Source: Eledone cirrhosa | Lineage: Eukaryota | Assembly: GCA_964016885.1 (NCBI GenBank) | Contig: OZ024762.1 | Location: 17,732,001 to 17,796,000 of the forward strand | Length of the DNA: 64,000 nt | Direction of reading: 5' to 3' | The notes under the pieces: generated by a model | Databases searched by the model: none | Told to the model about the DNA's origin: nothing | What the model saw: only the letters and a program-made list of their open reading frames with translations | Made by a program: the position numbers and the translations under genes | Shown: positions 27,246-42,026 of the stretch, one piece after another | Layout: every line of letters begins with the position of its first letter | Numbering within the stretch: the first letter of the stretch is position 1

Positions 27246-27598
27246 ATATACATATATATATAATATATATATATGCAGAGGTTATATTTAATTTGTTGGG
27301 ATTCAACAAGCTTAAACATTTTTATAACTGTATTTTATCTGATGCTTAATACGGGATGTTTGTTTACAAACACACTGAGCATTATAATAAATGTTCGGTG
27401 AATCCATACGTACATATATATAAGTGTGCATGTATGTATATATATATATATACATACTACTGTACGTCTGTATACATATATGTATGTACGTGTACATACT
27501 TATATTTAAGTAACAGCCGTACTAAGAGTGGGAAATGAAATTTTGTTTCATTTTTTCCGTTTATATATATATATACATATATATATATACACACACAC

Positions 27599-27714
<116 letters not shown>

Positions 27715-28277
27715 ATACTTCACCTTTCACGTATGTATTGCATGCGCTTGATTTTCTTCGTAGTATGTGTCTATTGTGTATGAGGCAGTGTATGCGTGTG
27801 TGCGTAAATGTGCGTATATGTGCATGTCTGTACATGAATGCTTGCGTGTGTGTATGTGTGTGTATGTGTGCGGGTATGCGTGTATGTGTGCGTATGCGTG
27901 TGCGTATATGTGTGCTTGTGTGTGCGAGTATGTGTGCGGGTATGCGTGTATGCGTGCGTATGTGCGTATGCGTGTGTATGTGTGCGTGTGTGTGTGTGTA
28001 GGTTTATGTGTGCATGTGTGTGCGTATGTGTGTATGCGTCTATATGTGTGTATGTGTGTGTGTGTATGTGTATGTGTGTAGGGTTGTGTTTCAGGGGTGT
28101 CTAACGTGGGTGGGCCAGTTGATAGTGATTAGTGAAAACAGATCAGCCCTCCCCCCTGGGGCAACATATAGTTGACCCCGCCCTCCCCTACTTGAGTTGG
28201 AACATTGATTACATGATGATGTTAGCCCTGCAGACACAGAACAGAGTCGGGTACATGGGTAGAGGACGGCTGGACAT

Positions 28278-29445
28278 ACGGGTGGACAGAGGGTGGACAG
28301 AGGGTGGACAGAGGGTGGACAGACGGGTGGACAGAGGGTGGACAGACGAGTGGACAGAGGATGGACAGAGGGTGGACAGACGGGTGGACAGAGGGTGGAC
28401 AGACGATGGACAGACGATGGACAGAGGGTGGACAGACGGGTGGACAGAGGGTGGACAGACGATGGACAGAGGGTGGACAGACGGGTGGACAGAGGATGGA
28501 CAGAGGGTGGACAGACGATGGACAGAGGGTGGACAGACGGGTGGACAGAGGGTGGACAGAGGATGGACAGAGGGTGGACAGACGATGGACAGAGGGTGGA
28601 CAGACGGGTGGACAGAGGGTGGACAGACGATGGACAGACGATGGACAGAGGGTGGACAGACGGGTGGACAGAGGGTGGACAGACGATGGACAGAGGGTGG
28701 ACAGACGGGTGGACAGAGGATGGACAGAGGGTGGACAGACGGGTGGACAGAGGATGGACAGACGGGTGGACAGAGGATGGACAGAGGGTGGACAGACGGG
28801 TGGACAGATGGGTGGACAGATGGGGGACAGATGGGTGGACAGACGGGTGGACAAAGGGTGGACAGAGGGTGGACAGACGGGGGTACAGATGGGTGGACAG
28901 ATGGGGGACAGATGGGTGGACAGACGGGTGGACAAAGGGTGGACAGAGGATGGACAGAGGATGGACAGAGGGTGGACAGAGGATGGACAGAGGGTGGACA
29001 GACGGGGGTACAGATGGGTGGACAGATGGGTGGACAGACGGGTGGACAGGCGGGTGGACAGACGGGTGGACAGAAGGGGGACAGATGGGTGGACAGACGG
29101 GTGGACAGATGGGGGACAGATGGGTGGACAGACGGGTGGACAGAGGATGGACAGAAGATGGACAGAGGGTGAACAGAGGGTGGACAGAGGATGGACAGAG
29201 GGTGGACAGACGGGGGTACAGATGGGGGACAGATGGGTGGACAGACGGGTGGAAAGGCGGGTGGACAGAAGGGGGACAGATGGGTGGACAGACGGGTGGA
29301 CAGATGGGGGACAGATGGGGGACAGATGGGTGGACAGACGGGTGGACAGACGGGTGGACAGATGGGGGACAGATGGGTGGACAGACGGGTGGACAGACGG
29401 GTGGACAGAGGGTGGACAGACGGGTGGACAGAGGATGGACAGACG
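28278..29445 (+). repeat. ~11-12 bp G-rich minisatellite (gggtggacagag/c)
   Basis: Direct tandem repetition with variant units. Confidence 0.95.
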
Positions 29446-29853
29446 ACACGAACTGATAAACAAAAATAACAAACGAAACATCATCATCATCATTGCAGTA
29501 TTATCATCAACATCATCGTCATCATCATCATCATCAATATCATCACCATCATCACCATCATCATCACCACCACCACCATCATCATCACCATCACCATCAT
29601 CATCGTCATCATCACCACCACCATCACCACCACCACCACCACCACCATCATCATCACCATCACCACCACCACCACCACCATCATCATCACCATCACCACC
29701 ACCACCACCACCATCATCATCACCACCACCACCACCACCATCACCATCACCATCACCACCACCATTCATCGTCACCGCCGACCCGTTGTTGTTTTTTCCC
29801 AATACTGATAACGTTAACATATACATATGGGTGTGTATGCATATGTTTTCACT

Positions 29854-29885
<32 letters not shown>

Positions 29886-29888
29886 TAT

Positions 29889-29985
<97 letters not shown>

Positions 29986-30020
29986 ATTATATATACACAC
30001 ACACATATATATATACACAT

Positions 30021-30063
<43 letters not shown>

Positions 30064-30112
30064 TATATATATACACACACACACATATATATATATATAC
30101 ACACATACACAC

Positions 30113-30143
<31 letters not shown>

Positions 30144-30172
30144 TATATATATATATACACACACACTCACAC

Positions 30173-30205
<33 letters not shown>

Positions 30206-30345
30206 TATATATATATATATATACGTACGACAGTGTGTGCGTGTATACATTTAAGTAATTGTTTCTACTTTAGGCACAAGGCCAGCAATTACCCAGTACA
30301 TTACAGTAATGCCAATAATTTTGTTTTTCAAGGTAAATATATATG

Positions 30346-30388
<43 letters not shown>

Positions 30389-30408
30389 ATGTATCTATGT
30401 ATATATAC

Positions 30409-30475
<67 letters not shown>

Positions 30476-31074
30476 CATATATATATATATACATATATAT
30501 ATATACATATACATATATATATATATACATATATATGTATATATATGGATATATATACATATATATATATATATATGTGAAAACAGGGAGAAAGAGACGA
30601 ATATGAGGAAGAAAAATATATATTTTTCCTTTTTTTGTCTCTCCCTCTCTCTCTCTCTTTTTTCTGGGTTAGAAAATGATTAAAACGAAATGTTTTACTT
30701 TGTGTGAAGTGTTAAGGTATTAGTTGATTTATTTATTATTTAACAATGGCATATACATACATACATATATATATATATGTATATATACATATATTGGCGT
30801 GTGTGTGTGTCCGTCTCTCTTTGTTTTGCTGTGTTGTTGTATGTGTGTAATATTAGGAGTGGTTTACATGTGAATCGCTGTCGTTGATTCTGCAATGTAC
30901 CCAGTAACACATTTGGAATAGGTTTAGCAGAATAAGACATCAGAAGTTCAGAAAACCAACAGAAAACTCTTCCCGCCCTTCAGGAAGCTGAGAAACGTGA
31001 AATTCTTTATTTTTGTTTTGTTCTTTAGTCTTCTCGTGTTGTATTTTGCCCCCCACCCCCCCAACATCACATAA

Positions 31075-31515
31075 TAATCACCAGCACTATACCACTAACA
31101 CTATACTATAACAATCACCAGTACTACACCACTAACACTATAACAATCACCAGCACTACACCACTAACACTATAACAATCACCAGCACTACACCACTAAC
31201 ACTATAACAATCACCAGCACTACACCACTAACACTACACCACTAACACTATAACAATCACCAGCACTACACCACTAACACTATAACAATCACCAGCACTA
31301 CACCACTAACACTATAACAATCACCAGCACTACACCACTAACACTATAACAATCACCAGCACTACACCACTAACACTATAACAATCACCAGCACTACACC
31401 ACTAACACTATAACAATCACCAGCACTACACCACTAACACTATAACAATCACCAGCACTACACTACCAACACTATAACAATCACCAGTACTACACCACTA
31501 ACACTATAACAACCA
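31075..31515 (+). repeat. 32-bp minisatellite (caccagcactacaccactaacactataacaat)
   Basis: Unit starts at 31148 and 31180. The array decays into CAA/CAC-rich sequence to about 32350. Confidence 0.93.
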
Positions 31516-32593
31516 CCAACGCTGTAACAGTCACAAACACGACACCACCAACACTATAAAAAAATCCTCAAAACTATAACAAAACAATCACCAACACTGC
31601 ACCAACAACACTACACCACCAACACTATAACCACCACCAACTACACCAACAACACTATAACCACCACCATACCACCACCACCTACACCAACAACACTATA
31701 ACCACCACTACTCCAGCAATATTAAAACGAACAATAACACCACCAACCCCACAACCAACACCAAAAATAACACCAGAACCAACACCACCAACAAAACGAA
31801 CACTAGCACCACAACCAGGACCAACAACAACAACACCAACATCACAACCACAACCAGCAACAACACCAACCCCAGCTCCACAACCAACAACAAAACTAAT
31901 ATCAATACTAAAACCAGAAACTGCAGCAATATCACAACACACCAATAACACCAATACCACAACACACCAATAACACCAACACTACAACTAGCAACAACAC
32001 CAATAACACCAACACTACAACTAGCAACAACACCAATAACACCAACACTACAACTAGCAACAACACCAATACCACAACACACCAATAACACCAACACTAC
32101 AACTAGCAACAACACCAATACCACAACACACCAATAACACCAATACCACAACACACCAATAACACCAACACTACAACTAGCAACAACACCAATACCACAA
32201 CACACCAACAACACCAATACTACAACACACCAATAACACCAACACCACCAACACCACACCAAGATGTCCAACCCATCATCGACACCACCACCTACTCCAA
32301 CAACAACAACAACAACAACGACGACAACAACAAGATGCCCAACACACCACCACCAACATTTGAACTCAGGGCTGAGAGAACAGATACAAATACGACGAGT
32401 CATTTCTAACATTTTATCCAACGTCCTAATGACTCAGGCATTATCAATTTATTATACATATAACTCACAGCTAAACTGTACATAAATTATCTGAAGCAAC
32501 AAGATGTCAGACCTCATTCGCTTACCGATTGGACCAAGGACCAATGTCTTTCTAATTGCTCATACTATCTACCGATAGCAAGTCCTGGCAGAA

Positions 32594-32716
32594 GGAGCAA
32601 CGTGAAATGAAGTGTTTTGCTCAAGGACATAACACATCGCTCGGCCCGGCCCGGGAATCGAACTCAAAACCTGACAATTGTGAATCCAATCTCTAACTAC
32701 AAAGCCACGCACCTTC
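32594..32716 (-). mobile_element. tRNA-derived SINE S2 head (CORE-like)
   Basis: Minus strand: A-box tggctttgtagt, B-box gagttcgattcc, then gtccttgagcaaaacacttcatttcac. A related head is at 60175-60265. Confidence 0.75.
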
Positions 32717-32849
32717 ACACTACAGTATAACATCTCCTCAAGTATTTCTGACCTTCTATCAAACCGTCTTACGTTATACATCCTCCTCGGCACCAACACT
32801 ACTGAAATATTCCAAGGGCGATGGGCTGGAGTTATCTGCAGAGCGTTGG

Positions 32850-33045
32850 ACAACTTGTTAATTTGCTTTCCGGCATATTGTTACGTCCCTTTATGTTCTG
32901 AGTTCAAATCCCGCCGAGATTAGCTTTGCCTTCCATCTTTCTGGGGTCGTTAAAATAAAGTACCAGTAACATATTGGGGTCGATTTGATCGACTTTCCCT
33001 CTCCCAGAATTCTTGACCTTGTGCCTTTAATCAGAAACGAATATT
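32850..33045 (+). mobile_element. tRNA-derived SINE S1 (diverged)
   Basis: gttctgagttcaaatcccgccgag...gccttccatctttctggggtcgttaaaataaagtaccagta. Confidence 0.8.
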
Positions 33046-34030
33046 GCAACGTCCTAACGACTCAGATTCTACCAATTCGCCGTTCCTGTAACTTGACACC
33101 AAAAACAATATTAAACCGTTCTGGTCGTTTTACTCTGAGAGTCCCCCACAATCTGAGGAAGTTCCAAAATATTAGGACGAAAAAAATATAAATAATAAAT
33201 ATCAGATAACACACAAATATCTTCGTTGCCTTCATTTAAACTGGATTTTACAGTCCATTTCGCATTGTCTTAACTTCTTAAAACAAATCATTGTACACAA
33301 TAGATTATACACAATAGATTATACACTATACGCATGAAGCTAACTTTGCTTTTCATCCTTTCAAAGTCGATAAAAAAATTACCAGTCTACTATTGAGGTC
33401 GATTTTTCCTTTTCCTCTATATCACTTTCTCACTTCCTCTACCCTTCACTGGAAGAAATCTGCTGTATCTAGACCTGGAAAGGAGATGGGCTCCGCCAGT
33501 TTAAAAAAAAATGTCCTAGAAACGCCGTATGTTAATATGGCTCTCGTACGACTCTCCCGGGAGTTACAGGTCCATACCATATCTTATATATAACAGAAAT
33601 AGCAAGGTTAAAAACAGCCTCTACTCTCTTGGCGTTGTCTAAATTTACGTCTGTATATATATACAATGTTTAAAAAAAACGATAACATTCTATTGGTTTA
33701 AAAACTACTCAAATATGTTCTCATTCAGTTTATTTTATAACCATCACTGCACTCGCATATTTGCCATCTTGCTAGACATAATTCTAACGCAAATATCCAT
33801 ATAGAACGTAAACAAACATAAGGAAACTATTTCATATTTTAACTCTAGTCATTATATAGTTTTCGTCGTTTTCTGGCCCCAGAATGCAGCTTAGCCAAGC
33901 AACGTTGAGTGGTTCAAAGTTGGTGTAAAATGTAAGATATAACGAGATAGAGTTACATAATATATATATATATATTTGTAAACAACACACACACACACAT
34001 ATATATATACACATATATATATATATATAT

Positions 34031-34076
<46 letters not shown>

Positions 34077-34110
34077 TATATAACTATATATATATAACTA
34101 TATATATAAC

Positions 34111-34208
<98 letters not shown>

Positions 34209-34213
34209 CATAC

Positions 34214-34260
<47 letters not shown>

Positions 34261-34336
34261 CATATACATACATATATATACATATACACGACAGACACAC
34301 ACACACATATATATATATAGACATATCCTCTCACGC

Positions 34337-34382
<46 letters not shown>

Positions 34383-34536
34383 TGTGGTATTTCACATAAA
34401 ATGCTGTTTGACAGAGTTCATTTAAATATACAGAATTTATTAGTGTAGTTACTAAACATTATAAGCGTTGGTTATACTCAAACGTCTTTCTAGACGATGT
34501 TTGATAGCGTAGAGGCTATTCTCAACCTTGCTGTTA

Positions 34537-36050
34537 TGAGGGGCTCTGAAAACTTCCTGGCTAAGGGTATCGTGAAAGGCTGGAGTTGTTACCATTACAG
34601 GGGAGGTAGGCCTGTTGCAATAAGTGTGTGAATCTGAGAGGGGAATATGGCGAATATTACCATAATTGACTGATCCCCCTGTATTTTCTATTAACTGATC
34701 CTCTTCTATTGTCTTTTAACTGATCCTCCTGTATTTTCTTTTAACAGATCCACCTGTATCTTCTTTTAACTGATCCTCCTGTATTTTCTTTTAACTGATC
34801 CTCTTCTATTGTCTTTTAACTGATCCTCCTGTATTTTCTTTTAACAGATCCACCTGTATCTTCTTTTAACTGATCCTCCTGTATTTTCTTTTAACCGATC
34901 CACCTGTATCTTCTTTTAACTGATCCTCCTGTATTTTCTTTTAACTGACCCTCTTCTATTGTCTTTTAACTGATCCTCCTGTATTTTCTTTTAACAGATC
35001 CACCTGTATCTTCTTTTAACTGATCCTCCTGTATTTTCTTTTAACAGATGCACCTGTATCTTCTTTTAACTGATCCTCCTATATTTTCTTTTAACTGATC
35101 CTCTTCTATTGTCTTTTAACTGATCCTCCTGTATTTTCTATTAACTGATCCTCCAATATTTTCTTTTAACTGATCCTCCTGTAGTTTAGTTTAACTCATC
35201 CTCTTCTATTGTCTTTTAACTGATCCTCCTGTAGTTTAGTTTAACTCATCCTCTTCTATTGTCTTTTAACTGATCCTCCTGTAGTTTAGTTTAACTCATC
35301 CTCTTCTATTGTCTTTTAACTGATCCTCCTGTAGTTTAGTTTAACTCATCCTCTTCTATTGTCTTTTAACTGATCCTCCTGTAGTTTAGTTTAACTCATC
35401 CTCTTCTATTGTCTTTTAACTGATCCTCCTGTAGTTTAGTTTAACTCATCCTCTTCTATTGTCTTTTAACTGATCCTCCTGTAGTTTAGTTTAACTCATC
35501 CTCTTCTATTGTCTTTTAACTGATCCTCCTGTAGTTTAGTTTAACTCATCCTCTTCTATTGTCTTTTAACTGATCCTCCTGTAGTTTAGTTTAACTCATC
35601 CTCTTCTATTGTCTTTTAACTGATCCTCCTGTAGTTTAGTTTAACTCATCCTCTTCTATTGTCTTTTAACTGATCCTCCTGTAGTTTAGTTTAACTCATC
35701 CTCTTCTATTGTCTTTTAACTGATCCTCCTGTAGTTTAGTTTAACTCATCCTCTTCTATTGTCTTTTAACTGATCCTCCTGTAGTTTAGTTTAACTCATC
35801 CTCTTCTATTGTCTTTTAACTGATCCTCCTGTAGTTTAGTTTAACTCATCCTCTTCTATTGTCTTTTAACTGATCCTCCTGTAGTTTAGTTTAACTCATC
35901 CTCTTCTATTGTCTTTTAACTCATCCTCCTGTATTTTCTTTCAACTGATCCTCCTGTAGTTTAGTTTAACTCATCCTCCTGTATTTTCTTTCAACTGATC
36001 CTCCTGTATTTTCTTTTACCCAAAGCTAGGAACTTTTCAGCACGCCCTCG
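34537..36050 (+). mobile_element. Internally deleted mariner element with internal minisatellite expansion
   Basis: Ends are TA|tgaggggctctgaaaacttcctggct and agctaggaacttttcagcacgccctcg|TA. The internal aataagtgtgtgaatctgagaggggaatat encodes NKCVNLRGEY, the mariner transposase C-terminus. Confidence 0.85.
34668..36018 (+). repeat. 25-bp minisatellite with perfect 50-bp dimeric higher-order repeat (~35170-35920)
   Basis: ttaac at 34691 and 34716 (25 bp); ttaactcatc at 35191 and 35241 (50 bp). Confidence 0.97.
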
Positions 36051-36219
36051 TATATCCAATCCAATCCATTCCAATCCAGCATCTTTTTATTCCTGTTGGA
36101 GGAACCTCTCCCTAGTTGACCTTCACCTCTTGGTCAGTCGCGGGCTGGTGATACTATTTAACCCATTATTGGGGTGGATGGCCGTTGACTCTGAGGAGTC
36201 CATCCACTGGGCCTCCAGG

Positions 36220-36302
<83 letters not shown>

Positions 36303-36624
36303 CAACACCTCCTAGATTGACCTTCACCGTTTTCTGTTTGGTTTTGGTCAAGTCAGGGGTGTAGTCGTACTCACCACGCTTGGCCAATTGCAGGTTAGTG
36401 AAGCTATTTAACTCATAATTGTGATGGAGGGCAGTTGGTTCATTCGCCCCTTTAACAGGTCTTGTTTGTTTTTATGTTGCTGGGGTTACACTTACACTCC
36501 TCACTAGACCAGGATGAGGGAGACGGTTTAGTCGCCGACCGCTCGACCCAGACGCAGGTTGTACTGGGTTACATAGTACCAATAGCAAGCAGAAACCTAG
36601 CCTGGCCATATATATATATATATA

Positions 36625-36947
36625 TGGTGGCTGCCAACTCGTTTTCGAGTACGGCCACTACTTTATATCCATGTAGGAGAACCCCTACCGATACGCTGAA
36701 CGAGTGTGACTTTTTAGTCCAGCCAGCGACTTGAAAACTCTGGTACAAACACTACACTTGTGACAATTATTGACACATAGTGTTGGGCCCATGGTACCAT
36801 GTGACGACAAGTGCAGAGAGATCTCCAGATATAAAGCAATGCCTGTGCCGTGAAGCTTTTATAGTGAGCAAAGGCTCTGCCCATAGCCAGTCCCACTCTC
36901 TTAACCAAGATGATATTTACCAAAAAGAAGAACAAGTCAACATCATT
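36625..36947 (-). mobile_element. RTE-UTR-like element subfamily 2, 3' part
   Basis: Reverse complement of about 26605-26928. Confidence 0.85.
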
Positions 36948-37494
36948 GTATATATATACACAGACGTATATTTAGACAGCGTCAAGAGAGTAGAGGCTGT
37001 TTTTAACCTTGCTATTTCTGTTATATATTTATATGGTATGGATCTGTAATTCCGAGGGAGTCGTAAAGTCGCCATATTGATAAACGGCGTTTCTTAGAAC
37101 ATTTTTTTAAAACCTGGCGGCGCCCAATTGTCTCCAGATCTGAATTCAGCAGATTTCTTCCAGTGAAAGTGTGAGAAAATGGAAGTGAGAAAGAGATATA
37201 GAGGAAGAATTGACCCCAGTACTAGACTGGTACTTGTTTTTATTCACCTTGAATGGATGAAAGGCAAAGTTGACTGTGACAGGATTTGATCTCAGCGAGC
37301 AGAGAGCCAGAACGAATACCGCAAAGCATTCTATCCGATGTTCTACTGACTCTTGTTTTAGCGGTGGTGGAGAAAGGATGCAAAATAGATTTGTATTTTA
37401 CTGCCATACCTACCATATTGTCAATTAAAATTTCAAAATAAACTAGCTCCATCCCATCTCCTATTCAAGTCGTTCCAATATGGCGCCTAAAAAA

Positions 37495-37830
37495 TATATA
37501 TAAAATATATATACACTTAAACAGATATATAAAATATATATACGCATAAACACAAAAATAAAAAAATATATATACATAAAATATATATAAAATATGTATA
37601 CACATAATATATATATAAAAAATATATATACACATAAAATATATATAAAATATGTATACACATAAAATATATATATATAAAATATATACACATAAAATAT
37701 ATATAAAATATATATACACATAAAATATATATATATAAAATATATACACATAAAATATATATAAAATATATATACACATAAAATATATACACATAAAATA
37801 TATATAAAATATATATACACATCATATATA
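37495..37830 (+). repeat. AT-rich minisatellite (tatacacataaaatatatataaaa)
   Basis: Direct reading. Confidence 0.85.
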
Positions 37831-38177
37831 TATAAATAATATATATACACTTAAACACTGAGTTGCGTATGAATTTTTAAGTTTAATTTTAATTTTCCTG
37901 CTCAAATTTCAATCGAAATATCAGGCATGCAGCCCTCATCCCGTGTCCCCCATCACAGTCCCTGCACCTAGCCCACCCTAACCCAGCACATACCCCACTC
38001 CATTCCACCATAGCCACCCCTGGAATCATTTAAAAGGTCTCAAAGATTTAAGAGTGCAGACAACTTGTAACAGTCTTGCAGTCTCCTGCATATATTGTTG
38101 AAGTATGGACAGACATTCCTGAAATACTGAAATAGCTAAATTATATTTATTATGTTTATTGAAAGGAAAACAGCTCA

Positions 38178-38334
<157 letters not shown>

Positions 38335-38442
38335 ATTAGAATACTGGAGCGTGTTTGAGTCAAACACCCTCTTCGTATTATAGAAATGACAGTAAAAGGT
38401 ATAGCTCAATGCAGTTAAACAGAGCCAAAAAATCTCTTGTTG

Positions 38443-38496
38443 TTTTGATTGCCCTGATGAGTCCTTAATAGGACGAAACATTGTCGGCTAATAAAA
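38443..38496 (+). ncRNA. Canonical-core type-I hammerhead ribozyme (family C)
   Basis: ttttgattgcc-CTGATGA-gtcct[taat]aggac-GAAAC-att-GTC^-ggctaataaaa. All catalytic-core nucleotides are intact. Predicted cleavage is after 38485. Confidence 0.88.
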
Positions 38497-38532
38497 ACTT
38501 TTGATGTATTAAAGGATTCCTTGTTTTACTCT

Positions 38533-38604
<72 letters not shown>

Positions 38605-38608
<4 letters not shown>

Positions 38609-38750
38609 CAGAATTCAAAAAACAGACAACGCAGGAGTACCCAGTTACAAAGAGTATTAGTAATAGTATATATATAGGAAAAGTGTCACGACCCCGACGG
38701 CTGAGCTCCGGCCGTTTCGACAGCTAGATCCGAACTAAGCCAACAGTATT
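38605..38750 (-). mobile_element. Family F-related HHR-half module (diverged)
   Basis: Minus strand: ggcttagttcggatctagctgtc-GAAAC-ggc[cggagctca]gcc-GTC-ggggtc...cttttcctat. Confidence 0.6.
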
Positions 38751-38780
38751 TGTTATGTATATAAATAAGTATGTATATAT

Positions 38781-38897
<117 letters not shown>

Positions 38898-38902
38898 CAT
38901 AC

Positions 38903-38934
<32 letters not shown>

Positions 38935-38950
38935 ATATGTATATATATAT

Positions 38951-39007
<57 letters not shown>

Positions 39008-39013
39008 CATACA

Positions 39014-39070
<57 letters not shown>

Positions 39071-39098
39071 GTATATATATATATACATACATATATAT

Positions 39099-39172
<74 letters not shown>

Positions 39173-39269
39173 ATACATACACAAGCACAATAACAACAAG
39201 CACATAAACACACACTAGTCACCCAACAGACACAACATTATACACACTAGTCACACAGCACACATAACA

Positions 39270-39703
39270 CTATACACACACGCAAACGCATGCGCAAAGA
39301 AGACAAAATAAAATAAACAAACAAGCAAATAAATAAATAAATATAGAGACAGACTGAATAAAAAATGGCGTAGACATACAACACAACAGGAGGAAAAAAA
39401 AAATATAACACCACTGACGATGTTGCAGATGTGCAACGAAAGATTTATGTAAATTATGTAAACTATATATATGTGTTTGTGTCTATATTGTATCTGTATT
39501 ATTTTTGACCGTCGGTCAGTCAATGGCAACATTGAGGACCGAGTAAGTTAGATCGCAGATATAAAAGACAGCGAGAAGCGAAAACCAACCAAACAGTGAG
39601 TGTGTTCTGTTATTAATTCTGGCAATATTACACAAATATGACCCTCCCCAAGTATAACAATATCTGTTTCGACACACGATTTCATATAAAAAACCTCGCT
39701 AAA

Positions 39704-39707
<4 letters not shown>
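39270..39707 (+). mobile_element. Dispersed repeat family E with HHR-like CTGACGA-stem-GAAA motif (39414-39441)
   Basis: Other copies at 42075-42470 (-), 43130-43205 (partial), 46765-47078 and 63095-63395. Confidence 0.8.
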
Positions 39708-39743
<36 letters not shown>

Positions 39744-39838
39744 GGAGGTGAGTTTTATTGTAGTACAATAAAGCAATATGTTGATTTAAAACTGCACTAT
39801 CCACAAGTGTTTTTTAGCCTTCATATCATGTTCTCCTG

Positions 39839-39905
39839 TTTTATCTGATGAAAACACAAATATTATTGCATGATGATGTTTGTTTTTGAAATGCGCATAA
39901 TAAAA
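39839..39905 (+). ncRNA. Minimal type-I hammerhead ribozyme motif (family B) in fold-back module 39741-39945
   Basis: ttttat-CTGATGA-aaacacaaatattatt[gcat]gatgatgtttgttttt-GAAA-tgcgca-TA^-ataaaa. Confidence 0.8.
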
Positions 39906-39937
39906 TACATGGAACTCCTTTAACCATCTTTTGATCT

Positions 39938-40031
<94 letters not shown>

Positions 40032-40274
40032 ATATATAATGTACCTCCGCCGGTTTCAACGATGATTGCTCCACTTGTTCGATCAACGGAACAACAATTG
40101 TTGAGTATTGCATAGACACACGTGCTCTCTTAACGTTATTGTTAGGGTGATTCAACGTGAAGTACAGGTACGGTCGGTGTGGGGGCTTCCACGAGGTTTC
40201 CGTCTACCAAACTTGACTCACAAAGACTAGGTCTAGACGAGATTATGGTGAAGTCACTTTCAGAATGCAAAATG

Positions 40275-40706
40275 GAAGAAGAACAAGAAGAAGAAGAAGA
40301 AGAAGAAGAAGAAAAGAAGAAAATAATAATAATAAGAAGAAGAAGGCAAAGAAGAAGGCAAAGAAGAAGAAGAAGAAGAAGAAGAAGAAGAAGAAGAAGA
40401 AGAAGAAGAAAAAGAAGTAGAAAAAGAAGAAGAAAAGAAGAAGAAGAAGGAGAAGAAGAAGAAGAAGAAGAAGAAGAAGAAGGCAAAGAAGAAGAAGAAG
40501 AAGAAGAAGAAGAGAAGAAGAAGAAGAAGAAGGCAAAGAAGAAGAAGAAGGCAAAGAAGAAGAAAGCAAAGAAGAAGGCAAAGAAGAAGAAGGCAAAGAA
40601 GAAGAAGAAGGCAAAGAAGAAGAAGAAGAAGAAGAAGAAGAAGAAGAAGAAGAAGAAGAAGAAGAAGAAAGCAAAGAAGTAGGCAAAGAAGAAGGCAAAG
40701 AAGAAG

Positions 40707-40737
<31 letters not shown>
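40275..40737 (+). repeat. (GAA)n microsatellite with GCAAA interruptions
   Basis: Direct reading. Confidence 0.97.
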
Positions 40738-40738
<1 letters not shown>

Positions 40739-40887
40739 GTAGGTGGGGGACAGAGCAAGGAGTGGTGGTGGGGGAGGCAGTATGTGTAGAATGTACATTG
40801 AAAGAAATTTAGGTTAACACACTTTAAAAGAGATATATCATTTGGGGATGATTTTTGGCAAGACAAGGATAGCGGTAGTACATGTCA

Positions 40888-41195
<308 letters not shown>

Positions 41196-41196
41196 G

Positions 41197-41376
<180 letters not shown>

Positions 41377-41440
41377 TGTATATGTACATATGTATATGTA
41401 CATATGTATATGTACATATGTACATATATATATATATATG

Positions 41441-41568
<128 letters not shown>

Positions 41569-41650
41569 ATAAATATATGTATGTATATATATATATATAC
41601 ATATGGTGACATGTATTACAATTATCCTTATCTATATAAATATATATATG

Positions 41651-41722
<72 letters not shown>

Positions 41723-41730
<8 letters not shown>

Positions 41731-41940
41731 AGATCAAAAGATGGTTAAAGGAGTTCCATATATTTTATTATGCGCATTTCAAAAACAAACATCATCATGC
41801 AATAATATTTGTGTTTTCATCAGATAAAACCTGTTTTATCTGATGAAAACACAAATATTATTGCATGATGATGTTTGTTTTTGAAATGCGCATAATAAAA
41901 TATATGGAACTCCTTTAACCATCTTTTGATCTTATATTAT
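41723..41940. repeat. Perfect palindrome, 108-bp arms, 2-bp spacer; family B HHR on each strand (41763-41829 -, 41834-41900 +)
   Basis: 41723-41830 is the exact reverse complement of 41833-41940. The plus arm continues as a 3' tail to about 42028. Confidence 0.93.
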
Positions 41941-42026
41941 GCATACTCTAGTCCCACAAACTGTAGAGTGCTTCTTATCCGATATCTGCATTGCTTTATT
42001 GTACTACAATAAAACTCACCTCCTAC

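Noticed and set aside
27338-27370. Additional family A hammerhead next to the antisense tail at 27275-27330
   Set aside because: It reads ttttat-CTGATGC and then diverges, with no stem II or GAAA. It is a truncated remnant at most.
28091-29469. Long GWT/DRG or CPPSVH repeat proteins
   Set aside because: The 11-12 bp units shift frame freely and are open in most frames, so this is a minisatellite. The adjacent unique island (28091-28270) has splice-like signals but no recognisable product.
32594-32716. tRNA genes (also 60175-60250, 6342-6425)
   Set aside because: A and B boxes are present, but there is no cloverleaf and they continue into SINE bodies.
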